Source of the DNA: Tubiluchus corallicola | Taxonomy: Eukaryota; Animalia; Priapulida | NCBI GenBank assembly: GCA_030141605.1 | Contig: JAQGDQ010000063.1 | Coordinates: forward strand, 310,001 to 374,000 | DNA: 64,000 nt | Direction of reading: 5' to 3' | In this document: positions 44,231 through 57,700 of the stretch, in pieces | How the letters are laid out: every line of letters begins with the position of its first letter | Position numbering within the stretch: the stretch's first letter is position 1 | The notes under the pieces: generated by a model | Database searches by the model: none | Told to the model about the DNA's origin: nothing | What the model saw: only the letters and a program-made list of their open reading frames with translations | Position numbers and translations under genes: made by a program

Positions 44231-45038
44231 TTTCTATATCTAAAACTAGAATGCGCTCTCCGCGCAGGTAGAAAATTACTAAGCATATTCATATGATTCT
44301 ATTAATAAAAAATAAAACAAACAGAACAAACATACAAAAATATACCAGTATAAGAGTATTGTATAGGCTAACAAAAAACTTACAAAGTACTTTGTTAATT
44401 AAATAGGCTTATAATTAATGATGCAAAACAATCCACATAGTGTCAGTCTACATGTCTTTAACCATTTGGCGATGGCAATAGACTGACAAATACACAAATA
44501 TTTGCATACTAGTCAGCTTATAACGCTATGCAACGATCCTAGCCAGTAGCCCTGCATCGAGACGCGTTTCCATTAAATGAAGCAACGCCCCCAAAAACAG
44601 GACTCTCTGGACTTACAGGCGTGCTCGTCGGTCCGAAAGGTTCAACCTAAGTCTATGCTCTCAAACTCCGAGATGTTATGACGATTTGACGTATAGTGGG
44701 CCCCCAACTGTGAATATTAGGCTGGGTGGTAGCTTACCCAGCATACCACAAATAGTTATATTTTCAATTAATACCACTAATTGAGGCAGTACGGTGCGTT
44801 GTGACTGCCGATGTAAACAATCGCCCGCATTCTCTGTGTTTCTGTGATGTGTAGAGCTCGCAGGCAAACACTTGTTCATTCACTTATGTATTTAAATGTT
44901 CACTATTGATTATTGCATGTAAGTGGTTTGTTATGACCTCTCATAACCTCGACAGCCATAACGGTGCTTCTTTCAGTATTTTTAGCACTAGTCAACTCTG
45001 TGAAAGCCTATTGTAGTTATACATTTTGTGCTGCCACA

Positions 45039-45042
<4 letters not shown>

Positions 45043-45096
<54 letters not shown>
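45043..45096. repeat. (AT)n microsatellite
   Basis: Pure dinucleotide run. Confidence 0.9.
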
Positions 45097-45097
<1 letters not shown>

Positions 45098-45275
45098 GCC
45101 AATACTTACATAGTTTCAACCCATAATTTAGTTAATCACATCGTTAGCTTAGCTTGTAGTTATTTATTGTGTTATAATAAACCTGGATAATATGCCAATA
45201 ACTTTAGACACCTTGACATTCTCGGGTGCCATTTAGTCAGTATTCAGTATATATAACAGTGGTAGCTGCTGTCTC

Positions 45276-45293
45276 TGCCAGCAGAGGGCAGCA
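45276..45293 (+). promoter_or_regulatory. Candidate CTCF binding site
   Basis: TGCCAGCAGAGGGCAGCA fits the CTCF core consensus CCASYAGRKGGCRS and stands out as a GC-rich word in AT-rich DNA. Confidence 0.55.
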
Positions 45294-46599
45294 CCAGTAC
45301 CTATTTCTTCCCGGCATTTTGTGCTAGGGTGAACAAACATTTTCATATATCTGCATTTTTAAGTGCCCATGTATTTTAGTTTAACATCATAGGTAATGTA
45401 TGAACAAGTTCTGTGTTCTGCATGCCGCAGCTATGTACAGGTACCATTCCTGCCACATGTCTCATTATTTGTTCTGATTGATATTCAGAAAGGAGATCCG
45501 TACTCTGATGTAGTGCAAGATGTACTATACTATATGTTCTGTACTATATGCCAACTCCCATCAGTTCTCATCTACAGATATCTGCCACGCATTCTGCCGG
45601 TTTCTACTTATTCAAAGAGTTAAGAGGCTATTTCTGTAGCTTCAAACACAACACGAACGCGAAAGAACCAAAACGCCAAACAAGTGAATTAAATAAATAA
45701 GCTCCCCGCTTCAAAGTTTAATCTGAATTTTTGATGTACAAGATAGTATAACGTGCTAATATATAACTTTACAGAAACAGGTCGAAATAAAGCAGCGTTA
45801 CATTAACAGTTACATTTATGCGGTGAATTCGAAGACATGTGACGAAGGATGATTAAGAAACGATGATGTTAGTCACTAGTGCCAAATTTACAAATGGACA
45901 TCAACATTTTCAGGTCAAGCTTCCTGCCTGACTCTCCTCTGGCTTGCGCGTCCGCTTGTCTTCCCGCCAGACATTCTTCCGGACGGTCGGTATTATTTGA
46001 CAAACCGTGATGAAGCCAGGGAAAATGCAAACTGGGTCACCTGACATTATTTTCATAGATTCATTGATTACAAAAAGAATCACTTATTGACTACATGCTT
46101 CACTCTCTCTCTCTTCTCTCTTTCTTACACAAGATTAGTTTGCACTAAAAATGAGTTGTTCACATTGACTTGGTCACTACAGATTGAACGCGGGTTTTCT
46201 CCTCCTCCAAACGGAACACTTTGGAGAACAGACCATTGGTCCACTAAACAACAATATTCTATAAAATTCAGCATGGACTGGTGACTATATTCTTTCCTGC
46301 GTCTGGCTGCGTGCGTTATATCATCCTTCTTACACCTGTTCATGCCACCAGTACAAATACGTCCAAGTCCCATGTTGTGTCCTCTCCTACATGTAAACGT
46401 TACTTCCGTTGAGACGTTCCGGCAAGTGACACTTGATGCCATCAGAGTCGTGCAGCCACCTGTTCGTATATTGCAAAATTTACATGTTTTGACACTAATA
46501 ATCACCCCTAGCTAGTAGCACCCTGTTCCTTTATGATATCGAGTTGTCTATTGTTAGTTGATGCACAGGGCCAGTTTAGCTGTTTTGAGCTTTTGGAAT

Positions 46600-47760
46600 T
46601 AACAATTGAAAAACTGAAGGTTACAGCACAGTTTCCAAGTCAGAATTTCTCGAAATGGAACCCGAAAGTAACTCATAGTTATTTGTCTTGGTGGAGATAA
46701 TAAAAAGAATTACCTTATCTTGTAGCCAAGTCCTCCTTTTTCCAAAGAGCTAAACCATTTTCTCTCAGACCTCCACGAAAAGTTTTTTCAAATCTTTTTG
46801 CACTTGGTGTTTGGTCAGATGTCGCGATCATCGACTTACCCTAGACAAATATGGAATTGTCCAGGGAAGGATGAATACTTTTAATGCAAATTCTAAGTAC
46901 GGTACGAGAAAGTTATTGAGTTTCTGTGTGATGTTCGTTAACTCGCACATTTATTAATGAATGCCCAATATGTAAATGCACTTTGGGACACTGATACAAA
47001 GTATCTCTGCTGGAAAGTTGCCATTTCATATTTTGCAACATATAAAACCTTTTACGCACGTCGGGGTTAATTATTTGGGACCAGTAATTATGAAACGTTA
47101 CTGTAATGAAACTACTGCATTAGTTAAACATTGGACAGCATAGTTTACTTGTCTAGTGACCCGCACAGTTCACCTAGGATTAGTCAGTCTTCATAATGAA
47201 AATTCTCAGATGCACCTGTGCAGGTTTTTTACCAGAAGGGGTTTTTCGCATACAACTGTTCTGGTAATTCCCCTCGCACAAGTTTGTGCAGAAAACAATG
47301 TCTGTGTTATTACAGTTTGTTCATAATCATAAAGTTGAATGGCATTTTATCACAGAATTGTCACCGTAGTAAGTTTTTACGAACTGCCTCCCATTCATTA
47401 ATCACCTACGCAGTTAACAACCGTATTAACTGAAGTTGAACAAATTATGAACAATCAACCTATTACATCAGCAGGTGCTGCCATCTATGCCAGAGCTCTA
47501 TTTCACCATGGAAAAATTCACAACTGGCAAGAATGTTACCTTGTCGTAGCTGTTGGAGTTAACAGAGGTCAACAGAGGTAAAATGACTTTATGAAAAAAG
47601 GCCAATTTTCATAAGTTGCGACGATAATAGCAACATCAATCATATTTTTTCTGCACGTATTACTTCTGAAGACTGCAAGTCTAATCACTCCGTCCTTTGA
47701 GAAAAGCCACCTCAAAGAAGAGCTGCAGGTGAAGCAAGTTAACTATTTAAAACAATTGCT
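46600..47760 (+). mobile_element. BEL/Pao LTR retrotransposon pol relic (RNase H remnant and integrase)
   Basis: Decayed translations: LVAKS, LDKYGIVQGR, ECPICK, KPFTHVGVNYLGPV, FTCLVTRTVHLGLV, VEWHFITELSP and QLTTVLTEVEQIMNNQPIT, matching Pao integrase motifs in the right order. Confidence 0.8.
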
Positions 47761-48860
47761 GAAGAAAAGCTCTCCACTGATGATGGTGTTAATGGTGATG
47801 ATGACCTTTAACCTCTTCTTGTCTCATCCAGCCATACCTGTTGCGATGTTTTCTCTGTTTTATGGAAACTGCATGCAGTGATGTCATGGACCACGGTAGA
47901 TGATAAGGCTCCATATATCACAATCCATTGAAGATTCTGATTCTGATTCAAAGCATCACTTATTTTGTAAATTAACTTTATTTATATTCACGATCGTATT
48001 TATATCTTTTCCTGCCTTGCTTTCAAGTGTCTTAATTTGATCCAGTTTTTAAATAATGAATTTTGCAATTGCTTTAAGCATATACACATAGAAGCAAATC
48101 TGTTCTACCAAATTTGTCTGAGAAGAGCGATATTCCAAATTACACAGAACCAAATTAAGCAGAGTCTATTGCATTTTATAAATGCAAAGATTTCACACAG
48201 CTTTAAAAGTAATTGTAGTATTGTAATAGAAGGGGCAAGTAAGGGCAAGTCATTTGGATATGAAATGTGGTTGGTTTTGATGTTGCCAATAGAACAACCA
48301 CCAACAAGGAAATGCTATTTGTGTTCAGTTTGTGGACAATTTGTCATGTACACAATGAAAAAACTAGAGCTAAAATACTGCATAACTTGTCGGACACCAT
48401 TAGACACAGTTACATCATTTCACAAAAAAGATTTGGTTTTATACATATTGACACAGAACAAAATAACAGAGCACAGTAAGCTTCTCATTTACAATTTCCT
48501 GAACAATGCATCATAAGTCATATGATCAAATGAATTACTGGTATCAAAAAAGGCTGAAATACAAAAATGTGCACAATATCATGAAACTTGAATGACAAGC
48601 AATTTTACTGTCAGTGTCCTTTGAAAGACCCTAAAATACAGTGACCTTTGAAAAAACTAACAATAAAAGTATGAGATTTTAAAAAAGATTTTTTACGGCT
48701 TCTAACAGCTAATCTATTCAATTTAAAAGAAAGCTATTTTTCTTAAGATGAACAAATAAATTGCTAATTGCACTGTTCATTGTTCTAGCACAAGAAACAA
48801 GGATATCATATATTCATATATATATATATATTTAACTTTTAAGAGATTTAGAAATTATTG

Positions 48861-51780
48861 TTAACTACCATGTTTAAAACCTTTGCCACTTCGAAGTTTA
48901 TTGGATGGAGATCCCCATATTGGTGCAAAAAGACTGCGCTCTTTTGCTAATGATTCTTCTAGAGGAAGCTCAGATCCAGCAATGACTATCTTTTTTATAG
49001 AGCGAGTAATATCACTATTTGCTGATATATGTTCTAAGAGCCATTCTCGTGTAGCTGTTAAACTGTCAATATCCGACACAATCTCACTGACGAGACCAAT
49101 TTTAATGGCCTCCATTGCAGTTATCTTTTGTCCAGTGCTTAAAAGCTGTAATGCTGCACAAGGTCCAACTAATCTGACAAGTCTAGAACCACCACCCCAG
49201 CCTGTGATGACTCCCATACGGCTCTGAACAAATGCAATTTGTGCCGATGCAGCCATTATCCGAAAGTCACATGCTACACTTATCTCAGCGCCCCCACCAA
49301 AGGTAGAACCCTGTAAAAAATTGTATCAACAACAACGACAGTATGAATGAAGTTGTGAAAGATAAAACTGATGACAAGCAAAATAAATAATAAATCACAT
49401 TCTTTTGCTTTCCGCAGAGCTCTCTATCAACATTGTGCTTTTCTCTGAGCACACAAATTATTTACTATAATCTGATAATTGTAACAGATATCTCACCCAG
49501 CCTCTTCAATAGAATACAATTCCAACAAATTATACACTTTTTATAAATACATGTCATAGTTTTTGTGATTTTCTTTCTTTCCTGCCTACACAGCCTGCTT
49601 TGCTACCCAAAAATAAGTAAACAAAATATTTTGGAGGAAAATGCAAACTGCTTTTAACTTCGAACTGAATCGAATGCATTCAGTTTCCAAATAAAAGCAA
49701 ATTCTTTGCAGCACGAACTTGGAAGCACTAATAAAAAAGGGAAGTAAACATACAAATTTTTTGTAATTTCAAAACAAAATCTTAACAGCATATTAGACTT
49801 TTTGCTACCACATGGATTTTACTAATAATCCATTGGCAATATCCATTGAAAGGCGATTGAATTCTACGGCACGATATGTACCATACATTGTACATAAATT
49901 TGTACAATCAAATCCCAGGAATACGATTCCACTTATAATGAAACTCTCGATAGTATGATGATTAATCATGTCCTTGCCAAAGTTATAATAAAATCTATGT
50001 GATCACACAGGGTTACTATGAAACTCGTTATCACCAAACCTCCATTTATACGATGTTTTCCCAAAGTCCCGCCAATATAATTTTAATATAAATAAACACT
50101 TGGAATACGATTTCTGCTGTGGCCTGGACTAGACTAGAAACTCCTCACCTGTTGCCATGATAACCGTAGCTTAATTTTTACAACCCGTTATGCATCATAA
50201 TGTAATGCACATACTTAGCATGAGACACAATATTTTGTCATAGTACTTTGTTTAAACTTTAAAGGTGCTTTAAATTAGTCAATACTCTGCGATTGTCCCA
50301 AACTGTCAACACAATTAATATCAATGGCAACAGCTGAAAGACCCAGAGTAAAGCGAGAACAGATTTTCAGGTTAAAAATTGTTATAATTTAAGTTAATCA
50401 TTGAAATGAACGTACCAACAACTGTCTGCAATCAAATTGTTGATTTCCGAAACCCTCCCCACCATGATAAAAATTCCCCCATAGTTTAAAACACCTATAC
50501 ATATATTTGAAACTGCCTGTTTTCTCATCCCTAGATAGCTAGATCACACTTACACGTACTTAACACATAGGTGGGCATTTAACATTGTGACTTATTACAT
50601 TACAGGCAGTAAGTACATTAGCGGTATTTATCAGCAAACTACAGCAGCAAAAAGCAGACTCTCCGGCACCACTAACCCCTTGTTTGCAGACTTGCTTCTA
50701 GACTGACTGGCAAACATGATGATATCATTTTGCAGTTTGTACTTGTGGGAAACAGAGAGTTAAAAAAGCTTAAATTATGCTTACTGATGAAACGAAAACT
50801 TATGTAGAGACTACACGTCAATTGCCAATTAATGGATAGTATGAAACAAGCTATTTTAGTCCCTGGAAAATCGACGCATATCTACCTGTATTAATGCAAC
50901 GCTGATAAGCGGCAGTCTTTGAAATCTTGACAAAGTCGATTGCATCCAGAGGCTCATTCTAGCACCATTCTTTTCATCAGTGACATGTTTAACAGTGTTC
51001 AAATCACCACCAGAGCAAAGCTGATTATCAGCACCATACAGTATTACACCTTTGCCAACCTCCCATTCTTCTAGTTTAGTCACTGTGTCAGCTAAATCAA
51101 CCATCATTTGACCTAAAATATTAAAGGCAATTTCAATTTATAACTAAAATGGAGGATTATTAGTTTGAAATGTACAAGCATTTTAAACTACAAAGTGTTA
51201 CCGCAGATTGTATTAAACAAAAACAAAGAAAGAAAAAGTATATTTAGATTCTAGTAGGAGTGCACTTTTTATAAATATCATTAAATTTTTAAATCAGTTA
51301 GTATCCACTGACTTAAGCCATATAACTCAGTATAATCTGGCCACAATATAGCCTATACTTTCCATAATTTTTTTGCAATTTTTTGTATAAAAATTTGTAG
51401 CTTCTATAATGCCAGTTAGTGCATGTTTTATATTTAGTGCCCTTCGTGAGTCTCAAAATGCATGTATGTTTGTTTATTAATAATTTCTTGCAATCACAAA
51501 ACTGTTCTGTGATTCATTAGAGCGACAAAAATATTCAATTTTTCAAGTATCAAGTATCAAGATCAGTATCAAGACTTTCTGTACCAACATACGTAAGCTT
51601 CTGTACCGCTCATTGCATTCTTTCGTTCAGGATTATTAAGTTTAATCATTGCAATGCCACTCTTGTCCTCTCGATGTAGGTCTACAGAGCCACCAGGAAA
51701 TAAAGACAATTGTGCTCTGATGCTTGGCAGGTCTGCAGCTGTTGCGTATGCAGCTTTCATCTGTGGGCAGTGCCATAAAT
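48861..51780 (-). CDS. ECHDC1: Ethylmalonyl-CoA decarboxylase (enoyl-CoA hydratase domain-containing 1)-like; 5' end unresolved
   Basis: Exons 51780-51607, 51112-50886 and 49310-48861, GT-AG and phase-consistent. 276 aa if started at the in-exon Met (51760). Motifs FPGGSVDL..GIAMIKLNNPERKNAMSG.MM, LEEWEVGKGVIL, CSGGDL, LPLISVALIQG..GGGAE..ACDFR, MGVITGWGGG and ER.LF..WG match ECHDC1 specifically within the crotonase family. Confidence 0.9.
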
Positions 51781-52779
51781 CTGAGAAAAGTACAAATGAA
51801 ATAATGAACTAAGACAACAATAACTAGGTTGTAAAAATACTGACCTATATCAGGTTACGTTTAATCAAGAGTCCAAGACTGTACGAAATACTGCAACTCA
51901 TCATAACCTTACAAGTTACCACATGAGAACCTCTTATTGAAATTGCTTGCTATCGAGGTCAATGGTAACATACATGTTTAAATCAAATCTTTGAAGCTAC
52001 CTTAACTCGGACTTTGATATCGTAGTCTCATACTACACCACGTTAATGCGATTATACCGCACACCATTTTATCTCGATGTGTCACATCATACCACATTCG
52101 TCAGCGCGATGTACTGTGACATCACATAAATGGATCATGTCACGCCAGTGCTGACACTATACCCGGAACAGTGTTATGGTTTATACTTTAGAGCTTGCAG
52201 TTAACACTACTAGTGTCAAACTGAGACCTGTATATTACACATTACACAATTCATTACAGTTTTAGTCAAAGATCAGACATTTTCAATTGAATAATGTGCG
52301 ATATTATTTATTAGAAGTAATTAAGTCTGGGACATTATATAGTACATATTGAATTCAACGTAATTGAGAAGATTTTTCAGTATCTATCAAATGCCCTTTT
52401 AACCATTAGTGTTGCAAATTTCGCTTTTTAAATTTAACTTTGTTGCAATAAGAGTATAGGTATATATTAAGTAACACAAAAGATAAGCATATAGATCCAA
52501 ATAAGGCCGTATAGATCTGTCAAAAATATCCATATAAACGACTTGTCAGACTGTGAGAGAACAAAACTGTTTGTTAATGATAGCAAAATGTGTACAAGAA
52601 CAGATGTCCCACAAGTAGCAACGAGTCTTAAAAATGATCTTGACCTTGACAACTTCTTGATCTGGACAAGTGATGTCAACTATGTTGTCACCCAGAAAAG
52701 TTAACTGTCTCGAAGCTCAGTAACCAATAAACCATAAATCCGACGCTTCTTACTACGTGCGCTGATACTAGTCCTGTAA

Positions 52780-53320
52780 TTCACATTTCAGACGAGGCAG
52801 ATTCAGTTCATGATTTGGGAGTCATGAACAATAATCGCTTAGTATTTAAAGAACACATAGGCTCTCTGTGAAAAAGTATATAGTGTTTCACTTCATATAC
52901 TTAGCACAACAAGGAAATAATAGTTAAAGTTTTTTATAGTTTAATCCATCCAACCAATTACTGAGTATAGTCACTATGTTTGTCTCCTCAACATATTGAT
53001 CCAAAGAAACTGATAGAAACCATTCAGCATAGAATCATGACTCATTCCTGGCTTTGATAATCTTTCGACACAGAATGATTCCATCGATTAAATTTGCCAT
53101 CTTTTGAACGCCAGCACCTTTGTGGTGATACGACTGATAAATTCAAGCATTTTGGCAGGTTTTCCCTTTATTTCTTCTGAGGCAGGATTCGGTTAGAAAG
53201 GGAATTTCTTTAAAATTATGTCAATATCATGCTTAACATTTGATGTCAGAAAATATTTTCTATCCAATCGAGTAGTGCTTCCTAAGAATTAATTTAAAAT
53301 GCTCGATATTACTTTGAGAA
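52780..53320 (+). mobile_element. Decayed CR1-like LINE 3' fragment
   Basis: HDLGV..F.EHI, LIETIQHR, LNLPSFERQHLCGD and FDVRKYFLSNRVV remnants with many frameshifts. Confidence 0.6.
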
Positions 53321-53469
53321 CAAATTAGTGAACTGAGGCTGTCAAAACAATAACAGAAAAATTTTCAAATTAAAATATTATAAGCAGCTTGGTATTTTCG
53401 GATAGTATTATATTGTTAGAGTTTTATCCAAAGTAGTATAGGTTACTGGTTAGTATAACTATAAAAAGG

Positions 53470-53950
53470 TTTAAATGGAATCTATAATCCTGATGTTTCT
53501 GATTCTATAAAACCTTTGTCTATTCTATTCTTGACTACAGGAATGTCGTGGAATCCATCTCGAAAGAATGCAATAAGAAAAGTGGAATCTGTTCAACATA
53601 GAGCTACAAAATTAGTTCCTGCCATGAGACATCTGACATATTCAGAACGGATGAGGAATGTGAAACTACCCTAATTGTGATTTCAAATGAAGGGAGGCAA
53701 TTTGATCCTGATATTTCGTGTCAAGAACAATCTGACTAAATTACAACCTGGTCGTTATTCTGCTAATAATCTATGAGATACTAGATATAAAGTTATTAAG
53801 CCCAAATGCAGAAACAATATATTTATGTTGAGGACTGTCAATGATTGGAATTCATTAAATACTAAGGTATGGTGCGCCACCGATGCTTTACACTATAAGT
53901 CACAACTGTATCAATAATGGAAAAACCATCCGGAAATGTATCACAACCCA
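53470..53950 (+). mobile_element. Second CR1-like LINE 3' fragment
   Basis: YKTFV..ILDYRNVVW..IRKVESVQHRATKLVPAMRHLTYSERMRNVKLP..TVNDWNSL remnants. Confidence 0.7.
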
Positions 53951-54185
53951 TTCCAGCCTGAATGGACTCTGTTAGAAAAGAATTAAAGACCTCCACCTGA
54001 CTATATACCACAATGGCATAGTACTAACATTTACAGTGTTTAACCGGATCCACAACTTTATGTGTACGATTAAGTAGCAATCGTGGGCAAAAAGCTATTA
54101 GCTTTGTCCTGATCATCAAAAGTAATTAAAAGAAAGGTAAATGTGAATGCTTTAGCGATGCTAGCCTATTGTTGGCATTGAGACG

Positions 54186-54586
54186 GCCACTCTCAATGCA
54201 TTTCTAAATATGCTTATGTTATCTGAAGTTATACATTGCTCGGAAGACGATCCCATGTAATATCATACGATAGCTAAAGAAATGTTTCCGTTTAATGAAT
54301 GTGTTAAATGTGTTTAATGAATTCCTGGGTGGTCTGTAAGGTTTGAGCCTTTTTGTCATATACGGGTCTCCCAGCCCACATCTGTATGTAAACCATATAT
54401 GTTTCCAAGTTATGAATTTGTGATGTGGGTTAAATAAAAAATAAAAGTTAAAAAGTTAAAGCGTGCCACTCTCAATGTACTTCTAAATTTGCTTATGTTA
54501 TCTAAAGCTATGAATACGTGGAAGAGGATCTCATATAATATCACACGATGGCTAAAGAAATATTTCCGTTTAATGAATGCGTTAAA
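54186..54586. repeat. Direct duplication of a ~120-bp block (54186-54308 and 54465-54586)
   Basis: Both copies run GCCACTCTCAATG...GCTAAAGAAAT.TTTCCGTTTAATGAATG.GTTAAA with scattered substitutions. Confidence 0.8.
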
Positions 54587-54913
54587 GGACAAGAAAAGGC
54601 ATCTATATTAGTTTATAGCAATCTTAAGTGCATATCATACTCAGGTTAAAAGGAATTCCTGTTTCCTTTCATTTTAAATCTCCCGCGACACTAATCTGAC
54701 TGCGCCATTACGTTACGTCACGCAAACACACACACAGACAATGTAGGCAACATACACAGTTAGCAGGCTTAGCGAAGATGAGTTTAAATACTCTTTAGGT
54801 TGTTTGGGGTGCATAAACTGTTGTACAGTACTTCCTGTAGTTTCACGCATAACTTTTATCAATTTTCTGATTGCCTAAAACGATTTACTGGTGGCGGGTT
54901 AAGTTGCTAATTA

Positions 54914-55527
54914 CAGTAGGCGCTGCTTAATAGACTAACTTTGGGACCGGCTTGTTTTGACCCAATTAACCAACTGAACCTATTAACCGATGGGTGTAGT
55001 ATTACAGGTATAGAAGCATGTGTCATCGGTTTACTATGCATTACAAAGCTTTTTAATGAATTTTAGAAATGAAGTAATACCTAAATTCCTTTATAAGTAC
55101 AGTTAAAAATCAGAAATTTTTTAAATATTAATTTATAAATTAATAACTATAATAATAATAATAATAATAATAATATAATAATTAAATAATAAAATTTATA
55201 AATATAAGTGAATTACCAATAAATTAAAAAGTATACTTTTCTAGACTTTTCTAAGTCTGATTACTTGCAAAAATTACAAAAATTGGGTGACAGATTCAAA
55301 GCAAAACCGCTACGCTAGCGTATTAACGCATGATAAACGTACCTGCTTACAAACAAAGCAGTACTTAACATGCTTGATTCTACATGTATACTAGTGCACA
55401 AAAGGGAAGTAAAGATGACATAAAGGTAAGAAAGGCTCTTTGGGCACATACAAAAGTCTTATTTTAAGTATGTGAAGGGAAAAAATGAGTCAATTAAGCG
55501 ATTGAGTCTATTAAGCAGCGCCTACTG
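54914..55527. mobile_element. pogo/Tigger-like (Tc1/mariner superfamily) MITE, 614 bp
   Basis: Perfect 23-bp TIRs CAGTAGGCGCTGCTTAATAGACT (54914-54936) and AGTCTATTAAGCAGCGCCTACTG (55505-55527), flanked by TA on both sides. Confidence 0.85.
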
Positions 55528-56299
55528 TATTCTTAAAAACTATTGCTTCATGAGATGTCCAGGAAGAAATAGTAATAGCATCCCATCCGTGATTCACACA
55601 GTAACATCAACTGAACTTTGTTTCAGTTTCAACCTAAAAAGGACGTCCTTAGAACGGCAATTTTAATAAATTGCTGGTTGATAGAACCCACAGAAGAAAG
55701 TCTTTTAAAAAAGCAAAAGCCAATGGGCAAATGTCACATCAAATTTCTAAAACATTCAGGTTATCACAGTGATTTTCCGTACCGTAACAAATACGGAAAA
55801 CCATTATGATATCAGTATAGCAAGCACTAGATGACAATAAATCAATTACACCTGTGGTAAAAGTAAATTGATTCGCTGTACTTTGTGTTTCAGATTGAAG
55901 GTTCCTTAGACATATTTATTTAATGACACAATAAGTTTTGCCTGTGTTACAGCCATCTAAAAAGTTCACACTGCAGTCTACACATAACATTACACTGTAC
56001 CAATGTTTGTAAACAAAGACCAAAAAATGAGGGTGTGAATGTTGCAGCAGTTACACGGCGGCTCTCTACCGTTTCCAGTAGGCACTTTTGGTGCAATCCT
56101 TTCTCTTCTTAATAATGCCAGTTTTTTAGTCCTTGTTTTTATCTTCGCAGCTTTTTGTTTTTTCCTTGTCATCTATATCTCTAGATCGATTCCACATTTC
56201 TTTCTTAGCTGCATCACTTTCGATATGGACTCATTTAATTTAATCAATTTATCAATATGATCAGTATAGAAATAATCTGCAGTTGCCGTCAATATTTGT

Positions 56300-56346
56300 G
56301 GTCATACCACGTGATCAGTCACATGCTGACTTTTCGATTGGCGGTC
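56300..56346. promoter_or_regulatory. Candidate promoter elements upstream of ECHDC1
   Basis: CACGTG E-box (56308-56313), GTCACATG and ATTGG (CCAAT on the minus strand) cluster next to a possible minus-strand first exon at ~56290-56000. Inferred only. Confidence 0.3.
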
Positions 56347-57364
56347 TAAATGAAACATGTCTGTGCCAACGTTTACTGCAGAGATTGAAATATTTTACAA
56401 AAATTGGAGTAAACGTGAAAATTGGAGTATTTTATTCGCATAAGATACGCCTTTATGCTTAGGCGATATAAGTTTACAATGCGAGTTTTCTGAAACTTAC
56501 TTTATACTGCCCTTTAATACTAATAGGCTTTATTAAACTTAGCATAGCAAGAGTAAAATTTACGTTGCAACATATTAGAGAAAGAGAGAATATAAGTAAT
56601 ACCTAATACTTTTTTAAGCACAGAGCCTGAAAATCTAAAATACGTATTCTGAAACATTTTCAAAAAAATCTCGTTTTACAATTAAGTTAGCAATTTATTT
56701 ATGTGCTTTGGAGAATGCAGACGTCACTCTGCATACTACAGTACTAGTGAGCCATTTTTGTAGAGACTTCACCAGTGCGACGCACCGCTTGCGTACTACG
56801 CAGTATATGTGCCACACTATGGTGCAATACAATGGGTAATAATTTTTTGTGCAACACTCAAAGACAAAGCCATCAATAAAACAACTGACTACGTTCTGAC
56901 TGCGATAGAGATTGTATTATCCACTTCTCTTAAACGATGTAGCGGATATTACATTCTACGATTGCGATTATATGATGATGTTTGTGACTGGTATCAACGA
57001 AGTGTCTCCCAGTTACAACTCTTAAAGCTTTCGTTTAGGCTAACGTTTCGTTTTGTTTACTGTGATTTTTAAGACAGACTTCTTGTCTATACTGCCTGTA
57101 AGTATTAGCCATTAGCTGTTAATACTGAAAGCATGGCTACTCAAAACTGCGCACATGCTATTTGTGATTATTTCAAGTGAAATCGGCTACAAAAAGTATC
57201 TCGTTCTACAGCATTAGAAAACCTATGAAATTCTCTGTTTTACCCATACACTCTTTTAGCAAGTATTTCCACGGAAAAAATAAGGAAAAGTTTAAATGCT
57301 TGCTGACAGTCTTAAAGGAGTTTTTAGTACAGATGGTTAGGAGTGTATGTCTATGTCTATGTCT

Positions 57365-57700
57365 ATGAGTGAGCATCGAACGTTCAAATTCGATTTGAAC
57401 CTAAAATTATAGATTTGGCTAATTCAATATTTCAACCACATATGTTCTTTATCATTAAAACATTTGAAACATCAGGAAATTAGCACAACTAACCGATACT
57501 TTTGTGCACACTTTTTAAACAAATCATTAATAGTGTTACTACAGAACAAAATCGAGTAATATTCAGCATCATTGTAAGACAGGCAAACAGCTTTTTACTG
57601 GTGGCTGGAAAACTTGTTGGAAAATCTTTCAAAGTCAATTTGAGTTCGACTCAAAGTTGAAATGCTGAAATTCGGTTCGATTCGAATTCGCTTTCTGATA
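57365..57700. mobile_element. Dispersed TTCGAA-rich non-autonomous DNA element (hAT-like?)
   Basis: 57365-57590 aligns by eye with 59090-59300. TTGAAATGCTGAAATTCGGTTC at ~57657 recurs at ~63522. Confidence 0.55.

Noticed and set aside
45930-46505. Cys-rich 126-aa minus-strand ORF (CKFC...CRRGH) suggestive of a Kolobok-like transposon protein
   Set aside because: Only loose motif resemblance, and the neighbouring candidate exon does not join in frame. Needs an HMM search.
48037-48516. 159-aa ORF with two CxxC pairs
   Set aside because: TTG start, very AT-rich, antisense to the probable ECHDC1 3'UTR, no recognisable domain.
55342-55371. MLSTALFVSR as a mitochondrial-leader first exon of ECHDC1
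   Set aside because: Its donor is phase 2 while the next exon needs phase 1, and it lies inside a MITE.
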